Part shown: piece by piece, positions 1-9,528 of the stretch | Position numbering within the stretch: position 1 is the stretch's first letter | Layout: every line of letters begins with the position of its first letter | Source: an uncultured Candidatus Saccharibacteria bacterium | GTDB taxonomy: Bacteria > Patescibacteriota > Saccharimonadia > Saccharimonadales > CAZVRA01 | Assembly: GCA_964630055.1 (NCBI GenBank) | Contig: CAZVRA010000002.1 | Location: 143,021 to 207,020 of the forward strand | Direction: 5' to 3' | Length of the DNA stretch: 64,000 nucleotides | Notes under the pieces: model-generated | The model's input: the letters and a program-made list of their open reading frames with translations, nothing else | The model's database searches: none | Told to the model about the DNA's origin: nothing | Translations under genes and position numbers: made by a program

Positions 1-512
1 GGCAAAACGCCAAATTCTTTTGGGGAAACTTCTATTAATTTTTTGTTTTTAGTTTCGCCAATATTGTATGGTTCTGGTAATTCGGGCGGCCTATTCACTT
101 CAAAACCGTTAAATGGATTAGTGTCGTAACCTAAGGCCAAGGGTGTGGAAAAGTCCTGAACGCCACTAAAGCTGCTCACCGACAATAGGTCTAGATTGCT
201 GCTATCTCGGTAGAGCCGAGTAGCTCTAGAGCCAACAATGTATAAGCTCCAAAAGTTTTGCCTGCAACCAGCCAGGTTGCTGCCGACCGTGTTGTTGGCT
301 TGCTCGATCATCACCCGAACCATTCCGCTTACTAGCTCTCTGTTAGGACTGGGTAAACGCATAAAGGCATCCAGGCGGCGCAACGACTTTTTAGCTTCTT
401 GATGAACCGATCCCAAAAGCGGTAAGTCTGATAAATTATTAAAATCAGAGCGCGGCAGCGATTTGTTGAAATGATAATGGAAGGTCTCTTTATCCTGTGC
501 GATATTTTTCAT
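1..512 (-). CDS. hypothetical protein, N-terminal ~170 codons (3' end runs off the window start)
   Basis: Manual minus-strand translation from ATG at 512-510 (MKNIAQDKETFHYHFNKSLPRSDF...) stays open to position 1. Absent from the ORF track because there is no stop inside the window. No family recognised. Confidence 0.45.
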   Translation of the reverse strand, partial: MKNIAQDKETFHYHFNKSLPRSDFNNLSDLPLLGSVHQEAKKSLRRLDAFMRLPSPNRELVSGMVRVMIEQANNTVGSNLAGCRQNFWSLYIVGSRATRLYRDSSNLDLLSVSSFSGVQDFSTPLALGYDTNPFNGFEVNRPPELPEPYNIGETKNKKLIEVSPKEFGVL

Positions 513-591
513 AGGTTTTATATAAATTAATTTTTTAGGCCCGCATTGATTATGCCAAAATTTGGTATTTTTTCCAAAAAAATGACCATTA

Positions 592-1209
592 TTATTTGAC
601 TGGCTTGACTGGCTGGCGCAGAATAGTTCGAAGTTTGGCTGGCGCAGTTTTACGAGGGTCCGATAGATAGATTTCGTGATGGTCAAGGCTTTCTGCGACG
701 CCGCTGCTAGGAATAACTTCTTGATGGAGCGCGGCAAGCTTTGGCGCTTCATCATCGTAACTACCTACATGGAGGCATTGAAAAGCTTGACCTTCGCTGT
801 AGGTTTTAAGCCGCACTTGGTCGTAAGGAGCGCTTGGCCTTTTTTGGCTGGCTACTAGCTTGGCTTGCTTGAGCATGGCAGGCGTTATCCAATCTGGTTG
901 CATTAGCATCATTGTCCATTTGTAAGAATCCTTGTCGGCTTTTTGGAATACGCTCATGTCATCGGCATACCAGAGACCTTCGAGTGGTGGAATAACGTAG
1001 TCTTTGCCGGCAGATTTGCTCATAAATTTTAGCGGATAAGCTAGCGAATACAGTGCTTCGATGGCCCCGGCGTAGACCGGTGAAGTGTTTGGATTACCGG
1101 CTCCATCGATCATTAAATACTGCATCGGCGGCACATTTATGAGCTGCCAGTCGCTGTTTTTGGGCGAGTAAAGTTCTTTTAGAGTCTTTTTAAAATCAAT
1201 TTTGGGCAT
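592..1209 (-). CDS. GyrI-like small-molecule-binding domain protein
   Basis: 205-aa ORF. Overall resemblance (MPKIDFKK...YLMIDGAGNPN...HHEIYLSDPRKT) to GyrI-like/SOUL-type effector-binding proteins. Overlaps mpg by 14 nt. Confidence 0.6.
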   Translation of the reverse strand: MPKIDFKKTLKELYSPKNSDWQLINVPPMQYLMIDGAGNPNTSPVYAGAIEALYSLAYPLKFMSKSAGKDYVIPPLEGLWYADDMSVFQKADKDSYKWTMMLMQPDWITPAMLKQAKLVASQKRPSAPYDQVRLKTYSEGQAFQCLHVGSYDDEAPKLAALHQEVIPSSGVAESLDHHEIYLSDPRKTAPAKLRTILRQPVKPVK

Positions 1210-1813
1210 TATATTCCTCCGTAGGCTTAAGCTTGGGTTTTATAAACTTTGACACAAAAGGATTGTTGGCTATAAAGTAGCGTCTATGAACGGCTTGGGC
1301 TTTGGAAATACCAATACGCGGTGAGGTGGCGATTTTTTCGTCGGCTCGTAAACTGCCGGCTAACAACTTTAGTGGTTGATGTCGTAAATCGTGACCATTT
1401 AGCGATAAGTCTATACCTAACGCCTGACATAATTTAGCTGGGCCATTAGTGACGCTTGTGCCCCGAACGCCTCGTCGTTGTTCCAATAATTCGTGGCCGA
1501 TAATTGGCTCGGCGGCTCGAATTAAGCAGCCGGAACCATAGCCGGCGTGACCGGTTACGATATTGGCGCAATAGTGCATGCCGTATGTAAAATAAACATA
1601 CAAGTGGCCGGACGAGCCGAACATGGTTGCGTTGCGGGCGCGCTGACCGCCAAAAGCGTGGCTGGCTGGATCTTCTTGGGAGTAGGCTTCGGTTTCGACA
1701 ATTCTTACCCGCACTATGTTGCCTTCTAGCTCGCGCTCGAGTACACAGCCGAGCAGCTGCTGCGCCGCTTTTTCTACTGGCAGATTCAGAAAGTTAGGAA
1801 ATTTATTCTTCAA
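1196..1813 (-). CDS. mpg: DNA-3-methyladenine glycosylase (Mpg/AAG family)
   Basis: 205 aa. Typical family strings: RIVETEAY...DPASHAF, GHLYVYFTYGMHYCANIV, LIRAAEP, GPAKLCQALGI. Confidence 0.85.
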   Translation of the reverse strand: MKNKFPNFLNLPVEKAAQQLLGCVLERELEGNIVRVRIVETEAYSQEDPASHAFGGQRARNATMFGSSGHLYVYFTYGMHYCANIVTGHAGYGSGCLIRAAEPIIGHELLEQRRGVRGTSVTNGPAKLCQALGIDLSLNGHDLRHQPLKLLAGSLRADEKIATSPRIGISKAQAVHRRYFIANNPFVSKFIKPKLKPTEEYNAQN

Positions 1814-1972
1814 GGTTTTTGCTCAGATATTTGCCAGTCGCACTAAGTGCCAACGACCATAGTTAATATATACCACTTGGACCTAACTGATATTATACTC
1901 GTCTTGTTTGGTAGTGCGCCAGTATTGTCAGCATTGTCAGTATCGGCTAAAAGTTCTGCTACAATATCTGTT

Positions 1973-2284
1973 ATGGATCAATCTAAAATACCCGAAGGCA
2001 CTGTTCATAAACTGCCGGCTGACTTGCGACAAGCTTTGCTTGATGATCCCAAAACATTAGCCATTTGGCGCCAAAAAACTCAGCTAGGCCGCAATGAATT
2101 TATTTGCTGGGTCGAGGATGCAAAAAAGCCACAAACGCGCGAGCGTCGTATAAGGCGAACGCTTGAAGAGCTGAACGAGGGCAAAGGTCGACCATGCTGC
2201 TGGATAGGCTGCATTCATCGAACCGACAAAGAAATCAGCCCATCCATTAAAGGCATACTCGCCAAGCGATCTAAAAAACCTTAG
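1973..2284 (+). CDS. YdeI/OmpD-associated family protein
   Basis: C-terminal part of the 1847..2284 ORF (LPADLRQALLDDPKTLAIW...RNEFICWVEDAKKPQTRERRI). ATG at 1973 is preferred because TGcTACAAT lies 7 nt upstream (leaderless-type promoter). Confidence 0.6.
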   Translation: MDQSKIPEGTVHKLPADLRQALLDDPKTLAIWRQKTQLGRNEFICWVEDAKKPQTRERRIRRTLEELNEGKGRPCCWIGCIHRTDKEISPSIKGILAKRSKKP

Positions 2285-2303
2285 CAGCTACACAAACCAA
2301 TTT

Positions 2304-3308
2304 TTATTTTTCCCAGGGCAGTTCGGAGTGACCAAAGTGCCCATAACGAGCAGTCTGTTCGTAAATTGGCCTTTTTAGGTCCAGTTGTTTTATGATTCCT
2401 AGCGGTGTCAAATCGTAACCTGTCACGGTTTGCTGTTTGCCATCTATGGTCACGGTGGCCTCTAGCGGTTGGTCATAGCCAATGGCATAGGCCAAGTGGC
2501 AAAAAACTTCTTTGGCGCCAGATTTTTGCAGATAGTCGCGGGCAATTTTGCGGGCCATGTAGGCGGCCGAACGGTCGACTTTGCTGGGGTCTTTACCGCT
2601 AAAACAGCCGCCACCAATCGGTATGCTGGGGCCATAGTTGTCTACGACTAGCTTGCGACCAGTTAGGCCAGCGTCGGCGTCGAACCCGCCCTGGTTCCAG
2701 TCACCTGCTGGGTTGATATGCAACTGCAATTGGTCGCCCGATGCTTTGTTGGGTTGAGCCGCCAGCCAGGTTTTAACCTGGTCTGTTAGCTCGGCAGTTG
2801 GTGCGCTCTGAAAGCTGGCCACAACCGCCACAATCAGGCCATCTTTTAATGTAACCTGAGTTTTGCCATCGGTAGTCCAGTATTTGTCGGTCTTAAGGCC
2901 GCCGTCGGTTTTGCCCCGGTACAAAAACTGATTTAAACTACGCGACAAGACCGTCTCTAGCGGCAAAAGCTCTGGCGTTTCGGCGCAGGCATAGCCAACC
3001 ATAATCCCCTGGTCGCCGGCTCCGCCGCTGTCTACGCCCTGAGCAATTTCGGGGCTTTGTTTTACTAGATGCACTATTAGCTCGACATCTCCAGCCAGGC
3101 GCTTAACAATTAGCTCGATGCCGGGATGAGCCTGGCTGGTAACTTCGCCAGTAATAAATACTTTGCCATGCCCACCGACTGTTTCTACTGCTACTCGGGC
3201 GTTGGGGTCCGCGCCCAAATAAGCGTCCAATATGGCGTCCGAAATTTGGTCGCATAGTTTGTCGGGGTGTTTTGGCGAAACACTCTCGGCTGTTTTGTAA
3301 TTTGACAT
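2304..3308 (-). CDS. metK: S-adenosylmethionine synthetase (compact form, ~334 aa)
   Basis: ESVSPKHPDKLCDQISDAILDA, GAGDQGIMVGYA, GGGCFSGKDPSKVDRSAAYMAR. Second ATG (3308) chosen because AAGGAG lies 8 nt upstream of it. Confidence 0.9.
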   Translation of the reverse strand: MSNYKTAESVSPKHPDKLCDQISDAILDAYLGADPNARVAVETVGGHGKVFITGEVTSQAHPGIELIVKRLAGDVELIVHLVKQSPEIAQGVDSGGAGDQGIMVGYACAETPELLPLETVLSRSLNQFLYRGKTDGGLKTDKYWTTDGKTQVTLKDGLIVAVVASFQSAPTAELTDQVKTWLAAQPNKASGDQLQLHINPAGDWNQGGFDADAGLTGRKLVVDNYGPSIPIGGGCFSGKDPSKVDRSAAYMARKIARDYLQKSGAKEVFCHLAYAIGYDQPLEATVTIDGKQQTVTGYDLTPLGIIKQLDLKRPIYEQTARYGHFGHSELPWEK

Positions 3309-3500
3309 AAAAATAACTCCTTTCATGTCGTTTTAGCGACGCATCTCCTGCCCGCAGGCAGAAGACAAAAGGAGCTCTGAATGTTCTAAGATAATCAGGA
3401 CCTATTTTCCGCTAGGGCTAGAAGGGGCACCGTTTGGTGGTTGGGTTTTGCCGCCCCGCCAATGGTTGCCAGTGGGTCATTGAGCTAGTTCTCTCGCCAC
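3309..3500 (-). promoter_or_regulatory. candidate SAM riboswitch (SAM-I/SAM-IV clan-like aptamer plus SD-sequestering platform) in the metK leader
   Basis: Minus-strand RNA reads ...CUCAAUGACCCACUGGCAACCAUUGG...CCAAACGGUGCCCC... This matches the conserved AUGA-CCC-GGCAACC...GGUGCC core. CUCCUUU (3368-3374) is complementary to the SD AAAGGAG (3317-3323). There is an 8-bp hairpin at 3345-3364. Confidence 0.45.
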
Positions 3501-3562
3501 ATTCTTAATACGTCAAATTGTTAATGTAGTTAAATTTTAGCATAAGTTTGGCGTACAGCAAA

Positions 3563-5017
3563 TTAATTGTGGGTTATGACCTGGGTGCCAATGTCGGCCC
3601 AGCCGTAAAGCCAGGCGGCGTCGGTGTTAGTTACTCCAATGCAGCCGTGCGAGCTATTGATATTGCCAAAGTAGCTGGTTGGTCGCCAATAATTGCCATG
3701 AATAGCGTAGTCACGGTAGAAATAGTTTACATAGCGCACGTTTGGTTGATTGTATCGGCTGCCGTCGGCATTGCGTCCGGTCATGGTTTGCACCGGAAAC
3801 TTGCTAAAAATCTGAAATTGGCCGGTAACGGTGGGTGTGGCCGGTGCACCAGCACTAATCAAGAAGCTGTTAACAAGTTCGCTGTGCTCGTAGGCGTACA
3901 TGCGTTTTGTGGTTAAGTCGGCAATCAGCATTTTGGGGTAATCGCCGGCGTTGACGACGCCGTGGGTTTGGTAAGCGACTGGCAGTTCTACACTCACCTG
4001 GCCATTACCGCTCGATAGCTGCTTAACAAGATCGGCGGCAATTTTGTCTTTGCCAGGTATATCGAGACCATTTTTGCCAGCAATTAGGACCGAAACACTA
4101 CCATCGGAGTTGGTCATATTAACCTGACTAACTGGCGGGCTAGTATAACGACGACTAACAGCATTTATATAAGCGGCAACATTGCCACTATTTAGGCTGA
4201 TATCTATAGTGTGTTTTTCGGGGACAGGGTTTATGTCTACCCAGTTTACGATGTCCGATGACTGGGGCGAGACTGATTGCCCGGCAATGTTTAAAACAAT
4301 TGGCCGATTTATAAGAGATTCAACGTTTTGTTTGGCCGACTCGGCTTCTTTGATGGTTATGGCTGGCTGAACAGTTTGAGGCGTCAATGTCAGTGTCGCC
4401 GGATCTAAACGAGCTAATTTTTGTTGTAAATAATTACCGCCGCCTGGAATACTATAATTTGAGCCAACTTTATGCTCCACAACCACTGGTTTGCCGCTAG
4501 ATAAGTCTAGCGAGGCGTCGGACGCTGGTTGGTTAGCAGTGCTAGCGGCACTATTTATAAACTCATCTAGTTTTTGCTGGTCGGTCTTAAGCGCAAGCGT
4601 ATATTGCATTGGTCGCCACCAAGCTAAACGACGCGGTCCGGCCAAGCGTAATCGACGATTGATATCGCTTAAGCTGGCAGCCTCATTAACACTAATACCA
4701 GCATCTTCCATATGGAAAGTTTTTGTGCTTTTATCGGGATAATTGATGGTAAACTGATACGCTTTAGCCGCATCTTTAATTGAAGCGGTACTATGGTTGG
4801 GCCTAAAACCGGTTGGCACCCTGGCTGTGCCAGCGTATATCGGTGCTAGCGACAAGGTAGTGCCGTACAATATAAAACCAACAACTGCTGCCATAAATGC
4901 CGTTATACTGGCAGCTATTAAGCGGTGCTTTTGGAGATGTAGACCGTGTGCATGAGCAGGTTTATGATCTGGCTCGACTGATTTATCTTTGGATTTGGCG
5001 GTGGTTTTTTCGGTCAT
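3563..5017 (-). CDS. L,D-transpeptidase (YkuD domain) with N-terminal membrane anchor
   Basis: 484 aa. TM segment near the N-terminus. C-terminal YkuD catalytic signature ...YAIHGN...SSHGCIGV (His-Gly-Cys). Confidence 0.8.
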   Translation of the reverse strand: MTEKTTAKSKDKSVEPDHKPAHAHGLHLQKHRLIAASITAFMAAVVGFILYGTTLSLAPIYAGTARVPTGFRPNHSTASIKDAAKAYQFTINYPDKSTKTFHMEDAGISVNEAASLSDINRRLRLAGPRRLAWWRPMQYTLALKTDQQKLDEFINSAASTANQPASDASLDLSSGKPVVVEHKVGSNYSIPGGGNYLQQKLARLDPATLTLTPQTVQPAITIKEAESAKQNVESLINRPIVLNIAGQSVSPQSSDIVNWVDINPVPEKHTIDISLNSGNVAAYINAVSRRYTSPPVSQVNMTNSDGSVSVLIAGKNGLDIPGKDKIAADLVKQLSSGNGQVSVELPVAYQTHGVVNAGDYPKMLIADLTTKRMYAYEHSELVNSFLISAGAPATPTVTGQFQIFSKFPVQTMTGRNADGSRYNQPNVRYVNYFYRDYAIHGNYWRPTSYFGNINSSHGCIGVTNTDAAWLYGWADIGTQVITHN

Positions 5018-5093
5018 AATACCCTGGTTAGCTTAAGCGTTACAAACATATTATACTAATGTTGAGGCACATAACATAGCTAGGAGCATAAAC

Positions 5094-5888
5094 GTGAACT
5101 TACAGGACAAAGTTATTGCGGTAACTGGTGCGGGTGGCGGTATTGGCGCCGAAATTGTCAAAGCCCTAATTGCCCAGGGCGCACGGGTATTGGCGCTGGA
5201 CATAAAAGCCGAATCCATGCAAAAACTGGTAAGTAATGGCGAAAGTAGTCTAGTCACTTGGGCAGTGGATATTACCGATCGAACCGCTGTCGAGGCCCTG
5301 CCCGACCAAGCTATCAAGCAGCTGGGCCAAATAGATGGCATAATTAACTGCGCCGGTGTTATCCAGCCTTTTGTAAAAATAAATGACCTCGATTATGATG
5401 CTATTGAGCGGGTCATGAACATTAATTTTTATGGAACGCTCTATATGGTCAAAGCTTTTTTGCCGCATTTACTAGATCGGCCCGAGGCCTGCGTTGTTAA
5501 TGTGTCTAGCATGGGCGGCTTTTTGCCAGTACCCGGCCAAGGTGTATATGGTGCTTCAAAAGCAGCAGTTAAGCTACTAACCGAAGCGCTGTACGCCGAG
5601 CTTATGGGGACTAATGTGCACGTTTCGGTGGTTTTTCCGGGCGGCACGCAAACCGATATCACCAAAAATTCTGGTGTTACCATGAAGAGTCTGTCGCCAG
5701 AAGATGCCAAAAAAGTTCCTATGTTATCGCCTGCCGCGGTAGCGGACCTAATTGTCAGAGGTATCCAAAAGAACCAGCCACAAATTTATACTGGCAAAGA
5801 CTCGCGAAGTATGAACTTGCTGTATCGGCTAGCGCCAGTTTTTGCAACCAAATTTATTGCCAAAAAAATGGGTGCTCTTTTAGGCTGA
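5094..5888 (+). CDS. short-chain dehydrogenase/reductase (SDR)
   Basis: TGAGGGIG Rossmann motif, NCAG, S...YGASKAA catalytic triad region. GTG start with AGGAG 7 nt upstream. Confidence 0.85.
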   Translation: MNLQDKVIAVTGAGGGIGAEIVKALIAQGARVLALDIKAESMQKLVSNGESSLVTWAVDITDRTAVEALPDQAIKQLGQIDGIINCAGVIQPFVKINDLDYDAIERVMNINFYGTLYMVKAFLPHLLDRPEACVVNVSSMGGFLPVPGQGVYGASKAAVKLLTEALYAELMGTNVHVSVVFPGGTQTDITKNSGVTMKSLSPEDAKKVPMLSPAAVADLIVRGIQKNQPQIYTGKDSRSMNLLYRLAPVFATKFIAKKMGALLG

Positions 5889-5923
5889 GCCTAATGTGCC
5901 GAAAAATAATTTGGCAAACTTAG

Positions 5924-7135
5924 CTAGGCCCAATTAATGAGCTGATAAGCAATTGTGCAAATACATAGCATCGTTCCCAAAACTGGAACAATCAACGGTA
6001 CGGTAATATAGCCTTTATGCTTATGGCTGCGCCTTTTGATAATAATTAACGAGGCGTTGACTAGCGTAAAGATAGTTAAAACCAACAAACTACTAATTTG
6101 CGCCAACGAAACGAGCGGCAACAGGATGGTCCCGGCCATCATAGCCGCGACTACCAACAATGTAGCAGTCACCGGTGTTTGATGCTTGCTGTGAACCTGC
6201 GCCAATTTACGGCTGATCCAGCCCTGTTTTGCTAGGCCATACAGTACTCTTGAGCCCATAATAATTTGCACTATTATGCCGTTGACCGCTGCCACCATGC
6301 CAATGGCGCTTAATACCCAGGCGGCCTTAACTCCGCTTTGTTTAAAAACCAGTGTTAGAGGAGCGTTACTGTTGGCCAGTTCGGCAGAACTGACCAAATT
6401 GGTCGACACAATAACCACTAACAAATAAAGCACTGTAGCGGCCACAAGAGCAATTAAAATAGCCAGAGGCATGGTTCTTTTGGGATTTTTGGCTTCTTCG
6501 GCGACATTTACCATATCTTCAAAACCAATAAAAGCGTAAAAAGCCAAAAACGAGCCGGCCACTACGCCACCAAATCCGACTGCCGGGTCGATGGTAAAAA
6601 CTGTGCTTAGGCCCGCTGGGCTCAACGCATTTCTGCCAAACCAGATAATTAATAAAAGCCCGATAACTTCTACGGCGGTAAATAAAGCGGCGGTTTTGGC
6701 GGATTCGCCGATGCCTTTTAGGGCAATTGCGCCCAAAACAAGTAGCAAAACAACGCTAGCGACAATTTTAGGAATGTGTACGAAGGAACCTAGATAACCA
6801 GCAAAACCCTGGGCCAAGGCTGCCGCCGAAGCAACGCCTCCGGCAATCATTATTAAACCTATAACGACGGATAGCCGCTGTTTACCAAAGGCCTTGTGCA
6901 AGTAAACCGACACACTGGCGCTAACGGGGTAGCGGCCAGCAAGCTCCATGTATGAAAAAGCTGTAAAGGCGGCAATAACCATGGCAATCAAAAACGCCAA
7001 GGTAGTGCTGGAGCCGGCGTAACCAGCAACCTTGCCTATTAGCACGTATATACCAGCGCCAAGAATGTTGCCCAGCCCATAAAGAGTCACAAGCGGTAGT
7101 CCCAGCGACCGTTTTAGTTTTGGGTTAGGGCTCAT
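5924..7135 (-). CDS. APC-family amino-acid permease
   Basis: 403-aa polytopic membrane protein. N-terminal GLGNILGAGIYVLIG and FIGFE motifs typical of APC transporters. Confidence 0.8.
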   Translation of the reverse strand: MSPNPKLKRSLGLPLVTLYGLGNILGAGIYVLIGKVAGYAGSSTTLAFLIAMVIAAFTAFSYMELAGRYPVSASVSVYLHKAFGKQRLSVVIGLIMIAGGVASAAALAQGFAGYLGSFVHIPKIVASVVLLLVLGAIALKGIGESAKTAALFTAVEVIGLLLIIWFGRNALSPAGLSTVFTIDPAVGFGGVVAGSFLAFYAFIGFEDMVNVAEEAKNPKRTMPLAILIALVAATVLYLLVVIVSTNLVSSAELANSNAPLTLVFKQSGVKAAWVLSAIGMVAAVNGIIVQIIMGSRVLYGLAKQGWISRKLAQVHSKHQTPVTATLLVVAAMMAGTILLPLVSLAQISSLLVLTIFTLVNASLIIIKRRSHKHKGYITVPLIVPVLGTMLCICTIAYQLINWA

Positions 7136-7496
7136 GCTTGTGAGTAGCTTTTTTGAGGCTCCAGCCTTCGCCGCGCATTTCGGATTCTAGAGTAATGCCC
7201 AGGACTATTCTGATTGCTACAATGCCAGCCAGGACCGCCACGCCTTCCAGGGTGAGCGCGCCAGTGACTGTTCGGATGATGTCGCCAGCCACCAAAAACT
7301 CTAGACCAATCAATATAGATTGCGCCAGATGGCGCCGGTAGCTAATAAACAAACTTTGTTTGGGGGGCGCTTGTAGCTCTACTTTTTGGATTGCCATAAT
7401 GGTCGAGGCCACAAATCCGACTACAATAGATATCACCCCAATAAATTCCAGCGAAAGACCGATGACATAAATTATTTCGTGCATAGATTCTTGCAT
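7125..7496 (-). CDS. DUF1622-like small membrane protein
   Basis: 123 aa with 3-4 TM segments. GLEFLVAGDIIRTV string typical of DUF1622. Overlaps the permease gene by 11 nt. Confidence 0.55.
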   Translation of the reverse strand: MQESMHEIIYVIGLSLEFIGVISIVVGFVASTIMAIQKVELQAPPKQSLFISYRRHLAQSILIGLEFLVAGDIIRTVTGALTLEGVAVLAGIVAIRIVLGITLESEMRGEGWSLKKATHKHEP

Positions 7497-7507
7497 ATGC
7501 TTATACT

Positions 7508-8467
7508 TTATAAGAGCTTAACTTTTTTAGCAACGAAATAAACCCCAAACACAAAAAACCCGCTCAGCCCCATAACGGCAAAATAAGCCCATTCCTCGTG
7601 CATAAACGGTAGAGCAATGTTCATGCCATACATGCCAAAAAACACGTTGGGCAGCGCCACCAATAGTGTTAGAACGGTCAATATACGCATGCGTTGGTTT
7701 AGGGTGTTGTTGGCTACTGTGCCATAAGCTCGGTCAATACTGTTGATGGCCTGAGCGTGGCTGCCTATTTCTACCAACAGCTGTTTTATAAAAAGTCTGA
7801 TGTCGTCGATGTGTTCCTTGTCTGTTTTATTGGACGATAGGTCAAATAATTTTTCGGCCACCACTAGCAGGCCGTCCAAGCTCATGCGGCTGCGGTTGAG
7901 GCTACCCTCTATGGTTACGAAGCTAAAGAAGTCTTTGTTGGTGGCTTCGTGGCTGCGCATTAGCTTTTCGGTTTTTTCGATTCGCGAGCCAATAACATCA
8001 ATTAACGCTTCGTAGTGTTTAATAATTTCCATAAGACTGGTAATTAATAGCTCGCCCGGAGCAATTTTGGTGGCATAAGACACCGGTTTGGTCAAGGCAT
8101 CTGGCAAGTTATTGTGCGCCGAAATGCAGGCGAACAGCGTTTTGCTGGCTATAAACAACATCGGTCGTGATACTATTTTGTCGCCGTTCATCTCTGGCGA
8201 CCTAGCAAAAACATAGTTAATATCATCTACCACTTCTACGCGAGGCAGTTCATTGGCGTCAAAAACATCGGTAAGCAAATGGTGTGGTAACTCAAAATCT
8301 GCTGCTAACTTCTTGGCCTCTGGGGCACTTAGACGCTCACCATAAATTAAGCACGGTTGGTCATGGTCTGGCTGAGTGGTCTGGGCAAGCTGGGAATTGT
8401 TTGACTGGTAATACGTTAGCATTACGACCAGTATAGCAAAAATTAAAATAGCAGCAATCTCCTGCAA
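7508..8467 (-). CDS. CorA-like divalent-cation (Mg2+/Co2+) transporter
   Basis: 319 aa. Two C-terminal TM helices with the YGMN signature (FFGMYGMNIALPF). Confidence 0.75.
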   Translation of the reverse strand: MQEIAAILIFAILVVMLTYYQSNNSQLAQTTQPDHDQPCLIYGERLSAPEAKKLAADFELPHHLLTDVFDANELPRVEVVDDINYVFARSPEMNGDKIVSRPMLFIASKTLFACISAHNNLPDALTKPVSYATKIAPGELLITSLMEIIKHYEALIDVIGSRIEKTEKLMRSHEATNKDFFSFVTIEGSLNRSRMSLDGLLVVAEKLFDLSSNKTDKEHIDDIRLFIKQLLVEIGSHAQAINSIDRAYGTVANNTLNQRMRILTVLTLLVALPNVFFGMYGMNIALPFMHEEWAYFAVMGLSGFFVFGVYFVAKKVKLL

Positions 8468-8485
8468 AGGTGATACTATAGGGTT

Positions 8486-9076
8486 ATGAATAATAATGCC
8501 GGTCTCAAAAATATCATAATAGCAGTACTAATTGTGGTTTTGGCGGGATTAGGCTATCTGTACTTTGTAAAAGAAAAATCTGCCCCATCGACTGCCGATG
8601 GGAACGGTTCTGCTAGCGCTAATGCTAGTAGTGGATCGGCCCAAAACTCGCCCGTTAAATCCGAGCAAAGTCAGTCAGCTGATAGCAATAAAAACAGTGT
8701 TAGAACCATTAATTTGTCTGGCAAGGGGTTGACGGAGTTGTCAAAAAAATTGCTGGACGATAGCTCGGTCACTGCGCTTGATGTTAGTGGCAACCAGCTT
8801 AGTGGTGCGTTGCCGGCCGAAATCCGCAAACTTAGTAGCCTAGAGGTACTTAATGCGTCGAACAACAAAATGACCGGTATCCCGGCCGAAATCGGCCAAC
8901 TCAGCAAACTTCGGGTTGCGAATTTTGCAAACAACCAGCTGTCGGGCTTGCCAATGGAAATTGGCAATCTCAAAAATTTGCAGACTTTGGATTTGCGTGG
9001 CAATGCCAATATTTCTAAACAAGACCTTAGCCAAATCCAGTCCAAAATCCCCAATGCCAAAATCTTGACTGATTAA
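8486..9076 (+). CDS. membrane-anchored leucine-rich-repeat protein
   Basis: N-terminal TM, low-complexity Ser/Ala linker, then about 5 LRR units (LxxLxLxxNxLxGxLPxEI). TGaTACTAT lies 6 nt upstream of the ATG. Confidence 0.75.
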   Translation: MNNNAGLKNIIIAVLIVVLAGLGYLYFVKEKSAPSTADGNGSASANASSGSAQNSPVKSEQSQSADSNKNSVRTINLSGKGLTELSKKLLDDSSVTALDVSGNQLSGALPAEIRKLSSLEVLNASNNKMTGIPAEIGQLSKLRVANFANNQLSGLPMEIGNLKNLQTLDLRGNANISKQDLSQIQSKIPNAKILTD

Positions 9077-9091
9077 CACAGGTTAACTCGA

Positions 9092-9382
9092 TTATTTGCT
9101 GGTTTTTTGGTTTGCTTGGTTTGACCAGTAGGCCTCGCCTTCGGCCTCCATTTTGGCTAACCGAGTGTAATAATCTGGGATTTCCTTAAGGTGCGCCCAG
9201 GCGATTTTGCCTGCCAAGCTTGGGTCATCGTTGATGACATTGGTTTCTGGGTCGTGACTGCCGTGTTCTAGCTCGACGGTCAGGCCTTGGACGAACTCAG
9301 ATATGTCGATTTTGTCCCAGTCTATCCCAATTGCTTGGCCAATTGCCCTAGCCTCTTGTTCGGTGAATGTTCGTTTTGCCAT
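9092..9382 (-). CDS. small conserved protein (DUF5661-like)
   Basis: VELEHGSHDPETNVINDDP...AWAHLKEIPDYYTRLAKME. Internal ATG (9382) preferred because TATAAT (9389-9394, minus strand) lies 6 nt upstream. Confidence 0.5.
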   Translation of the reverse strand: MAKRTFTEQEARAIGQAIGIDWDKIDISEFVQGLTVELEHGSHDPETNVINDDPSLAGKIAWAHLKEIPDYYTRLAKMEAEGEAYWSNQANQKTSK

Positions 9383-9469
9383 AACTATATTATATACCAG
9401 AATTACCAATAGATAATCTGCTAAATTTATTAACTAATTGCCAGTGCGTCTTAGATTGAAAGGTTTTTA

Positions 9470-9498
9470 TTGAAATGACCATAACGCTTATGTATAAT
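9470..9498 (+). promoter_or_regulatory. sigma70-type promoter for the 9529 gene
   Basis: TTGAAA (9470-9475), 17-nt spacer, TATAAT (9493-9498). Downstream SD AAGGGGGA precedes the ATG. Confidence 0.45.
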
Positions 9499-9528
9499 GC
9501 AGATAGATCTTTAACTTAAGGGGGACGT

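Noticed and set aside
676-858. Short ORFs antisense to or embedded in longer family-assignable genes. Examples: 676..858, 1547..1729, 2405..2651, 3548..3916, 4182..4742, 5051..5710, 6591..6797, 7153..7341, 7800..8015, 8671..9079, and the many similar 60-200-aa entries throughout the track, including 30199..31362 and 45165..45581.
   Set aside because: Each lies on the opposite strand or in another frame of a longer ORF with clear family motifs. They have odd composition (Arg/Ser/Cys/Leu-rich) and no SD or promoter. They were treated as shadow ORFs.
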